64,000 bases of DNA from Candidatus Thalassarchaeaceae archaeon (GCA_943841885.1 CALSZZ010000001.1:382253-446252); one strand, 5' to 3'. Positions 19,280 through 29,576 are shown, counted from the stretch's first letter. Numbers and translations are program-made. The notes: generated by a model not told the origin, from the sequence alone.

Positions 19280-19951
19280 ATGTTACGTTTGATTTATTTC
19301 TCAACACCTGGAAGAGCGGAGGCGATACGTGTTGCATTATCCCTTTCTGGAGAGCAATGGGAAGATGTTACTGTAGATGGGATAAAATATCGTTCGATGA
19401 AAGATAATGGCGACCTCCCTTGGGGTATGTTACCTGTTTTGCAAACTCCAAACGGAACTATCGCAGAATCTACAGCAATACTAAGATTCGTAGGCAGGAT
19501 GTCTGGTTTTGTTCCTGATGAGCAATTTCAAAGAGCAAAAGCAGATGAATTCATAGATGGAATGGAGCCTTTATCCAAGGCACTAGACTCTACCTTTGGA
19601 ATTTCAGATGACGATGAAAGGATTAGGTTGAGAAAGGAAGTATTTGGACCTGATGGAAATGGTACTAAAAATCTACTATTATTAGAAAGAAAAATTAGTG
19701 AATCCAAGACTGGATGGGCAGCAGGTACCGATGATATGAGTATTGCAGATCTTAAATTATTTACAGGTCTTTTCGGCCTATTCTCTGGAAATTATGATGG
19801 AATAGATGCTGCAGTAATTTCTAATTATCCTCGACTAATTGAATATCATGATAAAATTGCAAATGATCCTAGGATTAAACAATACTATGCAGGAACCAAT
19901 TCAGAAGATATTCGTTGGACTTTTCTGCCAGGTGCTTTCAAACAGAATTGA
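19280..19951 (+). CDS. glutathione S-transferase (Tyr-type, sigma-like)
   Basis: LIYFSTPGRAEAIR, LPWGMLPVL, ESTAILR and SIADL motifs. Confidence 0.88.
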   Translation: MLRLIYFSTPGRAEAIRVALSLSGEQWEDVTVDGIKYRSMKDNGDLPWGMLPVLQTPNGTIAESTAILRFVGRMSGFVPDEQFQRAKADEFIDGMEPLSKALDSTFGISDDDERIRLRKEVFGPDGNGTKNLLLLERKISESKTGWAAGTDDMSIADLKLFTGLFGLFSGNYDGIDAAVISNYPRLIEYHDKIANDPRIKQYYAGTNSEDIRWTFLPGAFKQN

Positions 19952-19982
19952 AAAATTTACTCTGGTTTTTAAAATAAGATAT

Positions 19983-20525
19983 TTATTCGCCCTTGGCAAA
20001 TGAAATTAGACGATCTATGGGCAGATGATCAACTGTATCTTTGCAGTAATGTGCCTCTACAATCTTTCCTTCTTCATCTATTAAAATATCGACTGGTATA
20101 GTCGACATTTTGGACATTGAGAGTGTCAGTGGTATGTATCCCTTAAATATAGCCTGCAAAGTAGTTATTGGTGCCCTCAATGGTGCAAATAAAACTCTAG
20201 AAATGGATTTATGGACACCATTTTCTAGGAAATACTGGTATGTTTCATCTGCTACTATCGTAAATTTTGGGTTGTGTTTTGCCATCTTTTCGGTAAGATC
20301 GGATATCTCGGCATCAAAAACGCCAACCATAATGGTATCATCTGGAAACTCATCCCATCTTTTCATAATCTTATTAATTCTGATATTACAAAAGGGACAA
20401 GTGGAGAAACGATAGAAGGTAAAAATAATTCTCTTACCCTTGTTTGAAGACATTGTAAATATACTTCCGTCTATTGCTGGCAATGAAATATCTGGAGCAG
20501 AATCTCCAATTTTTAATTTGGCCAT
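19983..20525 (-). CDS. AhpC/TSA peroxiredoxin-like redoxin
   Basis: LKIGDSAPDISL, FYRFSTCPFC, ILIDEEGKI. Confidence 0.85.
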   Translation of the reverse strand: MAKLKIGDSAPDISLPAIDGSIFTMSSNKGKRIIFTFYRFSTCPFCNIRINKIMKRWDEFPDDTIMVGVFDAEISDLTEKMAKHNPKFTIVADETYQYFLENGVHKSISRVLFAPLRAPITTLQAIFKGYIPLTLSMSKMSTIPVDILIDEEGKIVEAHYCKDTVDHLPIDRLISFAKGE

Positions 20526-20681
20526 ATACCTTCGAATTAGGTTTAATGTAAAAAGTACACTATGTTAACTGAAAAAAAAATATACTATTCTGAACAAAAA
20601 TTTAAATTTCTAATCACTATCAGTTGTTTATAATTTGTGTTAGAATCTAGTTTGAATTTAGTGATAAAAGGAGATAAAAAG

Positions 20682-22277
20682 ATGGGAAAAGCAATTGTAT
20701 GGTTTCGTAATTTGTTGAGAATTCATGATAATCCCCTACTAAATTGGGTACATTCTTCAGAAGAAATAGATGAAATTATTCCGATATATATTATTGATGT
20801 AGAATGGTTTAATCAAGATTCAAATGCCATAGGCCATAATCGAAAAAAGTTCCTATTTGAGTCCCTTTTAGACTTAAATCAAAATTTTAAAAAGAAATAT
20901 GGTACAAACATTCTAATTCTTTATGGTAAATCGTCAGAAGTAATTAGTTCTATCATTGAAAGTTTAGATTCTGAGCTAAAATATCTAATATGTGATTATT
21001 GTTCTGAACCACGTAAACGGAATTCTATTAATGAAATAAAAGATAATTTATCACATTCCGGTATTGGTGTTAAAATATTTCCTGCGGTTAATACTATTTT
21101 GGATATAGAAATAATAATTCAATCCCCAAATTATGTAAATCCTAAGTCAGCAAAAGATATTGATAAAATATTTAGAGAAAATTTTGAAGAAAGTCCGAAT
21201 GGATATTTTGTTGGTGAGTCCTTATCTCCTCCGGATGATTTGAGATTCGATTTAGATGCTATGGTTAACATGATTAAGAAATATCCAATTAAAAAATACC
21301 ATGTAACAGACGATATGCTCAAGAATAGATTAACAAAATTGAAATTGGATTTTAATATGGTTGATTCTTATTTTATTGGAGGTGAAAAAGAAGGATTAGA
21401 AAGACTAAAACGGAAAATTTCCAAAAGACCAGATTTTGTCAATTCATTCAAAAAACCGAATACAATTTCAACAAATAAAAAAGATAATCCACTGGAACCA
21501 ACAACTACAGGACTATCTCCTTACCTTAGTAATGGTTGTCTTTCTCCCAGGTTAGTTTGGAATGAATGTTTAAGAATTCATTTTAATTCAAGACACGAAA
21601 ATCCTCCTGAGTCACTACATGGGCAACTTATGTTTAGAGAGATGTTTTATCTTCTTTCGAGATCAGTAAAAAATTGGGATAATGATGTAGGTAATTCAAA
21701 TTGCAAAACGATTCGTTGGGGGGACTATGATAATGAAAAAATAAAAGCATGGGAATCAGGTAAGACGGGTTTTCCATATATTGATGCTATGATGAGGCAA
21801 CTTGAGTCGACAGGTTGGATGCATCACCTAGGCAGACATGCTGTTTCTTGCTTTCTAACCCGTGGGCAACTTTGGCAGAACTGGAAATATGGCAGAGATA
21901 TTTTTGAAAAGAAATTAGTTGATTCTGATTGGGCACTGAATAATGGTAATTGGCTTTGGCTTGCAGGGGTTGCTCCTTTTTCAATGCCTTATTATCGGAT
22001 TTATAACCCATGTCCTGATTCTAAATCAAGTCTTAACGTAGAAACTATTGAAACAAATTTTATTCGTCAATGGATACCAGAACTCGCTATGTTTCCATCA
22101 AAGTACATTTACGAACCACATTTGGCTCCAATTGCTGTTCAGAAGTCATCGGAATGTATTATTGGAACAGATTACCCTTATCCGATGGTTGATAGAAAAC
22201 TTTCTAGAAAAGAAAATCTGATTCTTTTCAAACAGAGTAACGAACGGATATTGGCCTCAAAAAAAAATAATTTTTGA
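20682..22277 (+). CDS. cryptochrome/photolyase family protein, eukaryotic (6-4) photolyase-like
   Basis: VWFRNLLRIHDNP, TTGLSPYL, TGFPYIDAMMRQL, GWMHHLGRHAVSCFLTRG and DWALNNGNWLWL; GGAG upstream of ATG 20682. Confidence 0.9.
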   Translation: MGKAIVWFRNLLRIHDNPLLNWVHSSEEIDEIIPIYIIDVEWFNQDSNAIGHNRKKFLFESLLDLNQNFKKKYGTNILILYGKSSEVISSIIESLDSELKYLICDYCSEPRKRNSINEIKDNLSHSGIGVKIFPAVNTILDIEIIIQSPNYVNPKSAKDIDKIFRENFEESPNGYFVGESLSPPDDLRFDLDAMVNMIKKYPIKKYHVTDDMLKNRLTKLKLDFNMVDSYFIGGEKEGLERLKRKISKRPDFVNSFKKPNTISTNKKDNPLEPTTTGLSPYLSNGCLSPRLVWNECLRIHFNSRHENPPESLHGQLMFREMFYLLSRSVKNWDNDVGNSNCKTIRWGDYDNEKIKAWESGKTGFPYIDAMMRQLESTGWMHHLGRHAVSCFLTRGQLWQNWKYGRDIFEKKLVDSDWALNNGNWLWLAGVAPFSMPYYRIYNPCPDSKSSLNVETIETNFIRQWIPELAMFPSKYIYEPHLAPIAVQKSSECIIGTDYPYPMVDRKLSRKENLILFKQSNERILASKKNNF

Positions 22278-22381
22278 ATAATAATACCAACAACATAAAA
22301 GAATTTACCATCCATTTACCATTAGGGTTCAAAAATCTCTTTGACAGATAAAAATCTCTCTATTCTTGATTTAGTTTTGTT

Positions 22382-24136
22382 TTAGCAGCAATCACTTTTG
22401 ACGCTGTCTTGAGCACAGAAACAAGTTTTTGCTGGTACTATATCTGCGCGGGCACTACGTTCTTCAAATAAAGCAGAGACTTGTTGTAATTCACCTGAAG
22501 TATCACCACGGGCCTCAAGACAAAGTTTTAGCCCCAGTAATCCCCACATATTGTCTTTCCAAAGTTCGATATCTGCACGATATACTTCTTCGGCCTCTTC
22601 AATGTGTCCTTGTTCTAGAAGTAATGCTCCTAAGATATGACGAACAGGTTGCATTTGACCCCAAGGTTCATTGTATGCAAGATTTAGAGAAAGATCTACT
22701 CCACGACGGAGGTGATCAAAGGCCGCAGTAAAGTCTGCTACTTGTCCACTTTCCTTTGCCAAGAATTGTCTACGATATTCTATTTCACCATCAAGAATAG
22801 CATCATTTACTAAAAGAATACAAGGTCCATCACTAGGATTTTGGAATAGTAAGTTATTGTGAAGTACTCGACCCGCAATAGCTGGATTTTGCAATGCCTC
22901 CTTGAATAGAGCTTGTTCTGCTTCTGCTTCAGGGACCATTCCTTTAGAAGCATAAGCAACACCTCTAGCATAATGCTGAGTTGCAATTGCAGCAGGGAAA
23001 ACATCTCTGTCTGTATGTAATGGTTCACTTATTATTTCATCCCATTTACCAAATCTAATCAATACGTGCCAAGGCATCGTAACGTAAGATTCTAGGAAAA
23101 TAGCCCCCATCGGTATAATTCCAGCTAACATAAATTGCACTCCTGATTCAGCATCTCCAGCAGGAAGAGTACTGACTGCTTTGCGTGCATACTTTAGAGC
23201 AGTTTCATATTGCCCATCAAACATTGCACACCAAACTACAAAGTGGTGATTATGCATCCTATAAAATTTATAGAACTGTGATTCGTTACCAGTAATCTCA
23301 ACATAACGGTCATCTGCTTCTACAGCCGCTATATTACAGTCAATGGCTTCTTTCCACTGACCGACCCAAGCATCAATGTGTGATGGCATGTGAACTAGAT
23401 GGCCTAATCCTGGCATTAAGGTACGCAAAACATCTGCTGCAGGGAGTGCTCTTTCTGGGAATGGAGACAATTCTAATGCATGGCAATATAGATGGCAGAG
23501 TGCAGGATGAACTTTTGCTTCTTCACTACTTTTGAAGGCATCTTCAAGAACCTGTACTAGTAGTAATGTATTATCATCTGCAGGAGTAATTTCACCAGTT
23601 GATGTATTCTTATCCCAAAGTTGCCATGCTTTCAGATTCATTAGAGCCTCGACATATATTGCGGTAACATCTAAGTTTCCTTGATATTTTTCATAAAGAG
23701 GAGCCATGGCTTCAGCAAATGCAATATTTAGTTCAGGACTATTTCCCATATTGAGAACTGAGGGGTCTGCTGCATCACGAGCTTCTTCAGAATGTCTCTC
23801 AGCTAATGCGTCGATTAGATCTTGTTCCAGTTCTGTACATCCATCTTTGAGAGAGATAGCTTGCTGAATTGGATCATAACCAGATCCTAATCCAGGAGTC
23901 CAGTTATAGTTAGAAGAAACGCAATATGCAATTCCCCACCATGCCATGGCACAATTTGGATCTAATTCAGCACATTTAGTAAAACATGCAATTGCTTCTT
24001 CGTGGTTGTAATTTAACATATGACCATGTGCAAGAACATACATTTTCTGGGCATCTTCGTTAGCACAAGTAACTTCGGCAGCGAAGGAATAATTTTCTGG
24101 GATTCCGTAATCATAGTCAACTGGTTTCAAATTCAT
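22382..24136 (-). CDS. tetratricopeptide-repeat protein with conserved His motifs
   Basis: NHEEAIACF, CAMAWWGIAY, HLVHMPSHID, YNEPWGQMQPVRH; ends CFC...DCC. Confidence 0.8.
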   Translation of the reverse strand: MNLKPVDYDYGIPENYSFAAEVTCANEDAQKMYVLAHGHMLNYNHEEAIACFTKCAELDPNCAMAWWGIAYCVSSNYNWTPGLGSGYDPIQQAISLKDGCTELEQDLIDALAERHSEEARDAADPSVLNMGNSPELNIAFAEAMAPLYEKYQGNLDVTAIYVEALMNLKAWQLWDKNTSTGEITPADDNTLLLVQVLEDAFKSSEEAKVHPALCHLYCHALELSPFPERALPAADVLRTLMPGLGHLVHMPSHIDAWVGQWKEAIDCNIAAVEADDRYVEITGNESQFYKFYRMHNHHFVVWCAMFDGQYETALKYARKAVSTLPAGDAESGVQFMLAGIIPMGAIFLESYVTMPWHVLIRFGKWDEIISEPLHTDRDVFPAAIATQHYARGVAYASKGMVPEAEAEQALFKEALQNPAIAGRVLHNNLLFQNPSDGPCILLVNDAILDGEIEYRRQFLAKESGQVADFTAAFDHLRRGVDLSLNLAYNEPWGQMQPVRHILGALLLEQGHIEEAEEVYRADIELWKDNMWGLLGLKLCLEARGDTSGELQQVSALFEERSARADIVPAKTCFCAQDSVKSDCC

Positions 24137-24229
24137 GATTTACATCGGAATTTGATTCTTACTTAACTGTTGACCTATATGATTTATTAATGATTAAAGA
24201 GATTATCAAAAAGTATTATCACTCGAAAT

Positions 24230-24298
24230 GTGGCGATTGAATAATTTTGTGACTGCTCGCCCTGTGGATTAGATTGTAAATGTGATGGTTGCTGTTAA
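24230..24298 (+). pseudogene. metallothionein-like Cys-rich micro-ORF interrupted by TAA
   Basis: GTG-A-I-E-TAA-FCDCSPCGLDCKCDGCC-TAA; 7 Cys in 16 residues. Confidence 0.4.
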
Positions 24299-24365
24299 TT
24301 TTCTACAGATAAATCATTTAAATAAAATCTACTTCTAATGTCAATTTATATTGGCAAAGGTGTAC

Positions 24366-26564
24366 TCACACAACTGGAGGTACGAATACTTCACAATCTG
24401 AGCACCACTCGATATTATAATCCCAAGTGATAAGTTGGATTTCATAGTCGACTTGTTCTCCATCATCGTTGTGTTGACATTGGAAGCTTCCACCTTCTTC
24501 AGAATCAACAGTAATATCAAGGAAATAATCTCCAAGACCTTCTTCACCGAGATCGATAGAATTTTGAATTTCAGATTTCGAATAATTCGACTGAGTATCA
24601 TTATTACTTATTGCAAGTCCCGCATTTGCAGTGAACCATATCCAAAAAGGAGACTGCCCTAATAAAAATCCTGGATAACCTTCATCAAATTCTCCTAATT
24701 TAATACCAAAATTACCTTGTTGATTAAGGGAGGAATCAGTATCATTCCAATCAGGTAATCTAAGCAAATTATGCCGTACAGTGCCGGTAATTGTATCAGG
24801 TTCAGAATCACCTCCTACTGCGCAACCTAGTCCACTACTAGTTTCGTCTTCATCGAACGAGATATAAACCAAAGCCCCCACCACGTTGGTTCCATTTGGC
24901 CATGATTCAATTGAGTCAGAATTGAATGAAAGGGACAAGGTTTCTCCATCATTTATGTATTCAGAGCCTGAAGTAAAAAGGATAGTTTCTTCGGTATATG
25001 TTACAAGATAGCCTCCTGTAGAATTAGATACATTTGAAGAATCAGGTGCGGAGACATAATACACGGCCTCACTCATAACTAAGCCTAGTGCGATTACTAT
25101 AGCAAAAGTTGCCAATTTTTCTTGAGTTGGTATCTCAAATCTTCCAAGAGAAGATATTTCTGGTGTTCGAATTTGATTCATTACAAAGTGAGCTATGAAT
25201 GCAGCTCCCATGCCAGGTACAGAAGGAAATATTCCATCTGAATCTCCAAATTTCAGTAGACTCCATCCTATAACTCCAACAAAAGCTGAGACCATCATCA
25301 CAATAGAATGTGTAGTGTCAGGTTTGTATCCCATCCATCGTATAATCAGTAACGGGATGAAAATTCCACCAAGACCGTAAACGGCAAGAATAACTAGCGT
25401 GAATACTGAGTCACCACCAGGAATGTATAGTCCACCTATTGAAATCATAGTTGCAAATGCTGCCACCACCAGTGTTACTCTCTTTGTGGTTTTATGATCT
25501 TGGCTCCATTCAGGTTTAATATCATCTGTTATGGCAGCAGTACATGCTAGAACTTGGCTATCTGCTGTTGACATAGTTGCAGCAAAAATAGACGCAAGAA
25601 TCATACCAACGCCAATTTGTGGCATTGATTCCATTGCCAACATAGGTAAGCCAAGTTCTGGATCGAAATCACTACTAGTGAATAGTATTCTACTCGCTAG
25701 GCCGATAATGAGCATTAGTACTGTGAATGGAATCTGCCAAATGAAAAACCAAACCATGGCTTGTTTGCGATCCGAATCAGAACCAAGAGTCATTACTCTA
25801 GACACTACTTGCGGTTGTCCTGCAACGCCTAAACCACCTAAAAAGAATGCGAATGCCCACATTGAAAATCCAAATCTTAAATCAGGAGGAAGAAATTCAA
25901 TAAGTATTGGATCTTGATTTTTCAACCCCTCAGTAAGGCCTCCGAAACCTCCTACCTCTTGTAGTGCAATCCAACATAGAATAGTTGAGCCAATTATCAT
26001 TACACATGACTGGGCTGCATCTGTCCAAATTGAAGCTCTAATTCCTCCAGCGTAGCAGTAAGCTACAACTAGAACAAAGCCAATGAGGATTCCAATCGTC
26101 TCATTCCATCCCATCATGACATACAGGGCTTTTCCTCCGGAGGTTAATTGAGCGGCTGCATAAATACTAAGGAATAGTACTGACAATATAGCAGCTAATT
26201 TTGCTTCTGGTGCGCCAGCCCGATCAGCAACAAGAGAAGAAAGTGAACGGATGCCCCTTTCTTGGCCCTGTTCTTGAATAAATTTGTACAACCATGCCCA
26301 AGCTACAATTTGTCCTATTGTAGATAATACGGCTAACCAAATAACATTGAAACCTAGCATGTAAGTAAATCCAATAAAACCAATAAACATGTATCCAGAA
26401 TTCCAAGTACTGACTGCAGATAATGCAGCTAATGCTGGATGCATCCCTCTACCAGCTACGAGATAATCATCGGTTGTATCTTCTTTAACAAACATAGATG
26501 CCAGGCCTACTGCTGCAAAAATAGACATAAAAAATAGAAATGAAAGAACCAACATCAAATCCAT
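24366..26564 (-). CDS. putP: sodium/proline symporter (SSS family) with C-terminal extracellular domain
   Basis: DDYLVAGR, AGGIRASIWTD, GQPQVVSR and ATMSTADSQ motifs; extra ~230-aa acidic domain. Confidence 0.82.
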   Translation of the reverse strand: MDLMLVLSFLFFMSIFAAVGLASMFVKEDTTDDYLVAGRGMHPALAALSAVSTWNSGYMFIGFIGFTYMLGFNVIWLAVLSTIGQIVAWAWLYKFIQEQGQERGIRSLSSLVADRAGAPEAKLAAILSVLFLSIYAAAQLTSGGKALYVMMGWNETIGILIGFVLVVAYCYAGGIRASIWTDAAQSCVMIIGSTILCWIALQEVGGFGGLTEGLKNQDPILIEFLPPDLRFGFSMWAFAFFLGGLGVAGQPQVVSRVMTLGSDSDRKQAMVWFFIWQIPFTVLMLIIGLASRILFTSSDFDPELGLPMLAMESMPQIGVGMILASIFAATMSTADSQVLACTAAITDDIKPEWSQDHKTTKRVTLVVAAFATMISIGGLYIPGGDSVFTLVILAVYGLGGIFIPLLIIRWMGYKPDTTHSIVMMVSAFVGVIGWSLLKFGDSDGIFPSVPGMGAAFIAHFVMNQIRTPEISSLGRFEIPTQEKLATFAIVIALGLVMSEAVYYVSAPDSSNVSNSTGGYLVTYTEETILFTSGSEYINDGETLSLSFNSDSIESWPNGTNVVGALVYISFDEDETSSGLGCAVGGDSEPDTITGTVRHNLLRLPDWNDTDSSLNQQGNFGIKLGEFDEGYPGFLLGQSPFWIWFTANAGLAISNNDTQSNYSKSEIQNSIDLGEEGLGDYFLDITVDSEEGGSFQCQHNDDGEQVDYEIQLITWDYNIEWCSDCEVFVPPVV

Positions 26565-26676
26565 TACATTGTATCGATAAGGATATACTATTTGTCTATT
26601 TCTGACTGATAGAAAATGTTTAATTAATAATTTTTTAATTACGTAGGTTTTAATTTAATGTCGAAGACCGAATGGT

Positions 26677-29055
26677 ATGAGAATTTATGCTCTTAGTTTA
26701 ACCGTCCTTATTATATTAGTTCCTTTATCTGGATGCACTGATTTATTAGAAGAAGTCGATAATTCAGATAATAATCCGGTAGAATATAGTGAGGCAATTA
26801 TTAAAATATCTCATGGAGATAACAAATATGAAATTAAAATTAGATTAAATCATACTGCAGCACCTAACCATGTAGATAATTTCCGAAAACATATTACCCA
26901 TGGAGATTATACTGATTCAGGGTTCCATAGAATTATTGATAACTTCATGATTCAAGGTGGAGATTTTGAAAATAATGATGGTACTGGAGGATATGCTGCT
27001 GATTGGTATGGCGTTTGCAATGGAATTGAAACTTCAAAAGAAAACTGTCCTGACCAAACAAGTTGGAATGTACCAGATGAAGCCAATAATGGCCTAAGGC
27101 ATATACCTTGTACTATATCGATGGCTAAAACTACTCAACCAAATAGTGGTGGATCTCAGTTTTTCATAATTCCTCTCGATTCGGAACCCTATCACCTCGA
27201 TGGAGTACATACTGTATTTGGAAAAGTAATAGAGGGATGTGATGCAATAACGGAATTATCTGAAGTTTCGACTGGTGAAATGGATAGGCCAATTATTCCA
27301 GTAATAATTTATTCTGCTGAGGTTTCTGATGTTAATATTGAATATTTTGAATCAGAAAGTGACATAAAAAATGAATTCGTAAAATGTGATCAAATTGGGT
27401 CGGGTATGAACCTTACAGGAATCGATTTTACTGGTTGTAATTTTGAAAATATGGATTTATCATATTCCGATTTTACTGGCTCTATCTTTGTCAATACGAA
27501 TCTAATAAATACTAATTTTACTGGATCGACCTTGATTGATGTTGATTTTAGTTATTCAAATATGGACGGGGCAATATTAGAAAATATAAATTTTAGTCAA
27601 TTAAATTTGGATTATATGCAAGGATGTGCCTCTGTTCTTCCATCGGAATGGAATTGTTACAAGGTTTTAAGAATGAATTTTTGGGCTGATCAGATATTTG
27701 TATTGTTCGATGCAAATCAAGAATATTATGATAGAATTAACAATCTTAAGTATCAGGAAAGAGAAGATGCATTTTATGAAATAATTGAAGAAAATGAAAT
27801 ATCGTCAGATCGAATTAATTTACCAAGTTACGATGATTACGATTACTTCTATCTGGGCCCAGGGTGTACACTTAATAGCGGTAACATATACGGAGTAGAT
27901 GTATCTAATTCTGATTTATCAGGTTGTACTTTTAATAATTTACAAATAAGTGATTCAGATTTTTCTAATTCTGATTTTACAAATTCGTATTTTTATCAGG
28001 TTAATATTTTTAATTCTGATTTCTCTAATGTTGAAAGTACAAATGGCTATATGTATTTCCAGAATGGTAATTGGGTAAATGTCACAATGGATAATTCAAA
28101 CATTGGTAGTTTTTATGCCTATCAAATATTTATGAATAATGTTAATTTAATGTCATTAAAAGCCCAATATGCCGATGTCACTGTTGCTGCTGAGAATTTA
28201 AATCTTCTAGATATTAATGTGGAGATTATTAACTGGTTTAATTATAATAATTGTTCAACTATTCTATTAGATAATGGTTCAGATTGTTTTGGTAATATTA
28301 TTATTGGACCTAATGTAAATTCTCGTTATAATAAAAATCTAAGTGGTTTAGACTTATCTCATCTAAACCTTAGTGGTTCTAAATTAAGTGATATAATCTG
28401 TCCAGAGACGTTACCGGAGGATTGGTTATGCGTCAGAAGGACCAATTTTGGAGATATGACATTTAATGGCATTATTCTAAATCCTAGTGATAATTTATCA
28501 AGGTTGGAATTAAGTACAACAAACTTATCGAATCTTAATATTACAAGTTCTGACTTTTCTTATACTAGGGCGATAAATTTGGTATCTTGTCCTAATGAAT
28601 TACCTGATGGATATTATTGTCTAAATAATAATATTATTGGACCAATAATGAACATAATTCATGCAAATCTATCTAATTTAGATATGTCAGGAATTGACTT
28701 CTATAAGATACATGCAAGGAATCTTCAAACCTGCCCTTTGTCATTACCAGATAGTTATACATGTATGGCTATCCCAGATGGATCAGGAGAATATGCTATT
28801 TTAGGGCCAGATATGTTATTAGAACACTATGGGAATGCAGAGGCCAATACATCTTTTGTAAATTCAGATATGACCAATCTTGATCTTACGAATATGACTA
28901 TTTCCAACTATGATTTTACAGGTGTAAACTTCTCTAATACAAAACTAGATGGAACCATATTCGGAAGTTGTATTTGTCCTGATGGGACTCAGACTTCTAA
29001 TCTATATTCTACCGATTTATCTTTGTTAACAACTTGTGCTAATAATCTATGGTAA
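26677..29055 (+). CDS. lipoprotein: cyclophilin-type PPIase fused to pentapeptide repeats
   Basis: PLSGC lipobox; FHRIIDNFMIQGGD, SMAK, GSQFFI and HLDGVHTVFGKV; following S/T-D/N-F/L pentapeptide runs. Confidence 0.88.
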   Translation: MRIYALSLTVLIILVPLSGCTDLLEEVDNSDNNPVEYSEAIIKISHGDNKYEIKIRLNHTAAPNHVDNFRKHITHGDYTDSGFHRIIDNFMIQGGDFENNDGTGGYAADWYGVCNGIETSKENCPDQTSWNVPDEANNGLRHIPCTISMAKTTQPNSGGSQFFIIPLDSEPYHLDGVHTVFGKVIEGCDAITELSEVSTGEMDRPIIPVIIYSAEVSDVNIEYFESESDIKNEFVKCDQIGSGMNLTGIDFTGCNFENMDLSYSDFTGSIFVNTNLINTNFTGSTLIDVDFSYSNMDGAILENINFSQLNLDYMQGCASVLPSEWNCYKVLRMNFWADQIFVLFDANQEYYDRINNLKYQEREDAFYEIIEENEISSDRINLPSYDDYDYFYLGPGCTLNSGNIYGVDVSNSDLSGCTFNNLQISDSDFSNSDFTNSYFYQVNIFNSDFSNVESTNGYMYFQNGNWVNVTMDNSNIGSFYAYQIFMNNVNLMSLKAQYADVTVAAENLNLLDINVEIINWFNYNNCSTILLDNGSDCFGNIIIGPNVNSRYNKNLSGLDLSHLNLSGSKLSDIICPETLPEDWLCVRRTNFGDMTFNGIILNPSDNLSRLELSTTNLSNLNITSSDFSYTRAINLVSCPNELPDGYYCLNNNIIGPIMNIIHANLSNLDMSGIDFYKIHARNLQTCPLSLPDSYTCMAIPDGSGEYAILGPDMLLEHYGNAEANTSFVNSDMTNLDLTNMTISNYDFTGVNFSNTKLDGTIFGSCICPDGTQTSNLYSTDLSLLTTCANNLW

Positions 29056-29124
29056 AGAAATAATAATTAAGTCCAATATCCTTATGATAATAGTCGCAAA
29101 TCATCATAAAAGAGTTACATGCAA

Positions 29125-29571
29125 ATGAGTATATCAAAACCATAGTTACTATTTGTAATTTTGATATTTCGCAATAGCGGGATTTCTATGATATCAGTTA
29201 GAATAGTTCCCACCAATCTATCCTAGAACTAGTCTTAATTTTCTTTAAAGGAATAACAATTTTATTATTCATAATCTTACCAGAGTAAATTTATTTATGA
29301 AGAAGTGTTTGTTTAGGCTATATAAAAAAAGTAGTAATATGCATTATTAGTCGATTAATCGTAAAAATATGAAAGGTTAGTGACATTAGCATAATTTTAT
29401 TTCAATAGTAAAGATGAGGGTGATTTCATTAAAGTTAATGAATCATTTGGAGTTTAATTAGTTAGAGAAAAAGAATACAATCTACATAAAGAAGGCCCAT
29501 ATAGAGTAATTCAATTTGCCGAAGAAGCATTTAAATCTACATCTTCTGATGGAAATGAGTGGTGGAAATAA
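29125..29571 (+). pseudogene. degraded gene remnant ending ...SSDGNEWWK
   Basis: Protein-like frame 29401..29571 interrupted by TAA at 29455; more stops upstream; 5' boundary uncertain. Confidence 0.45.
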
Positions 29572-29576
29572 TACAA

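Noticed and set aside
29082-29109. TTATGAT...ATCATAA inverted repeat after the cyclophilin gene
   Set aside because: Short AT-only arms are expected by chance at this composition
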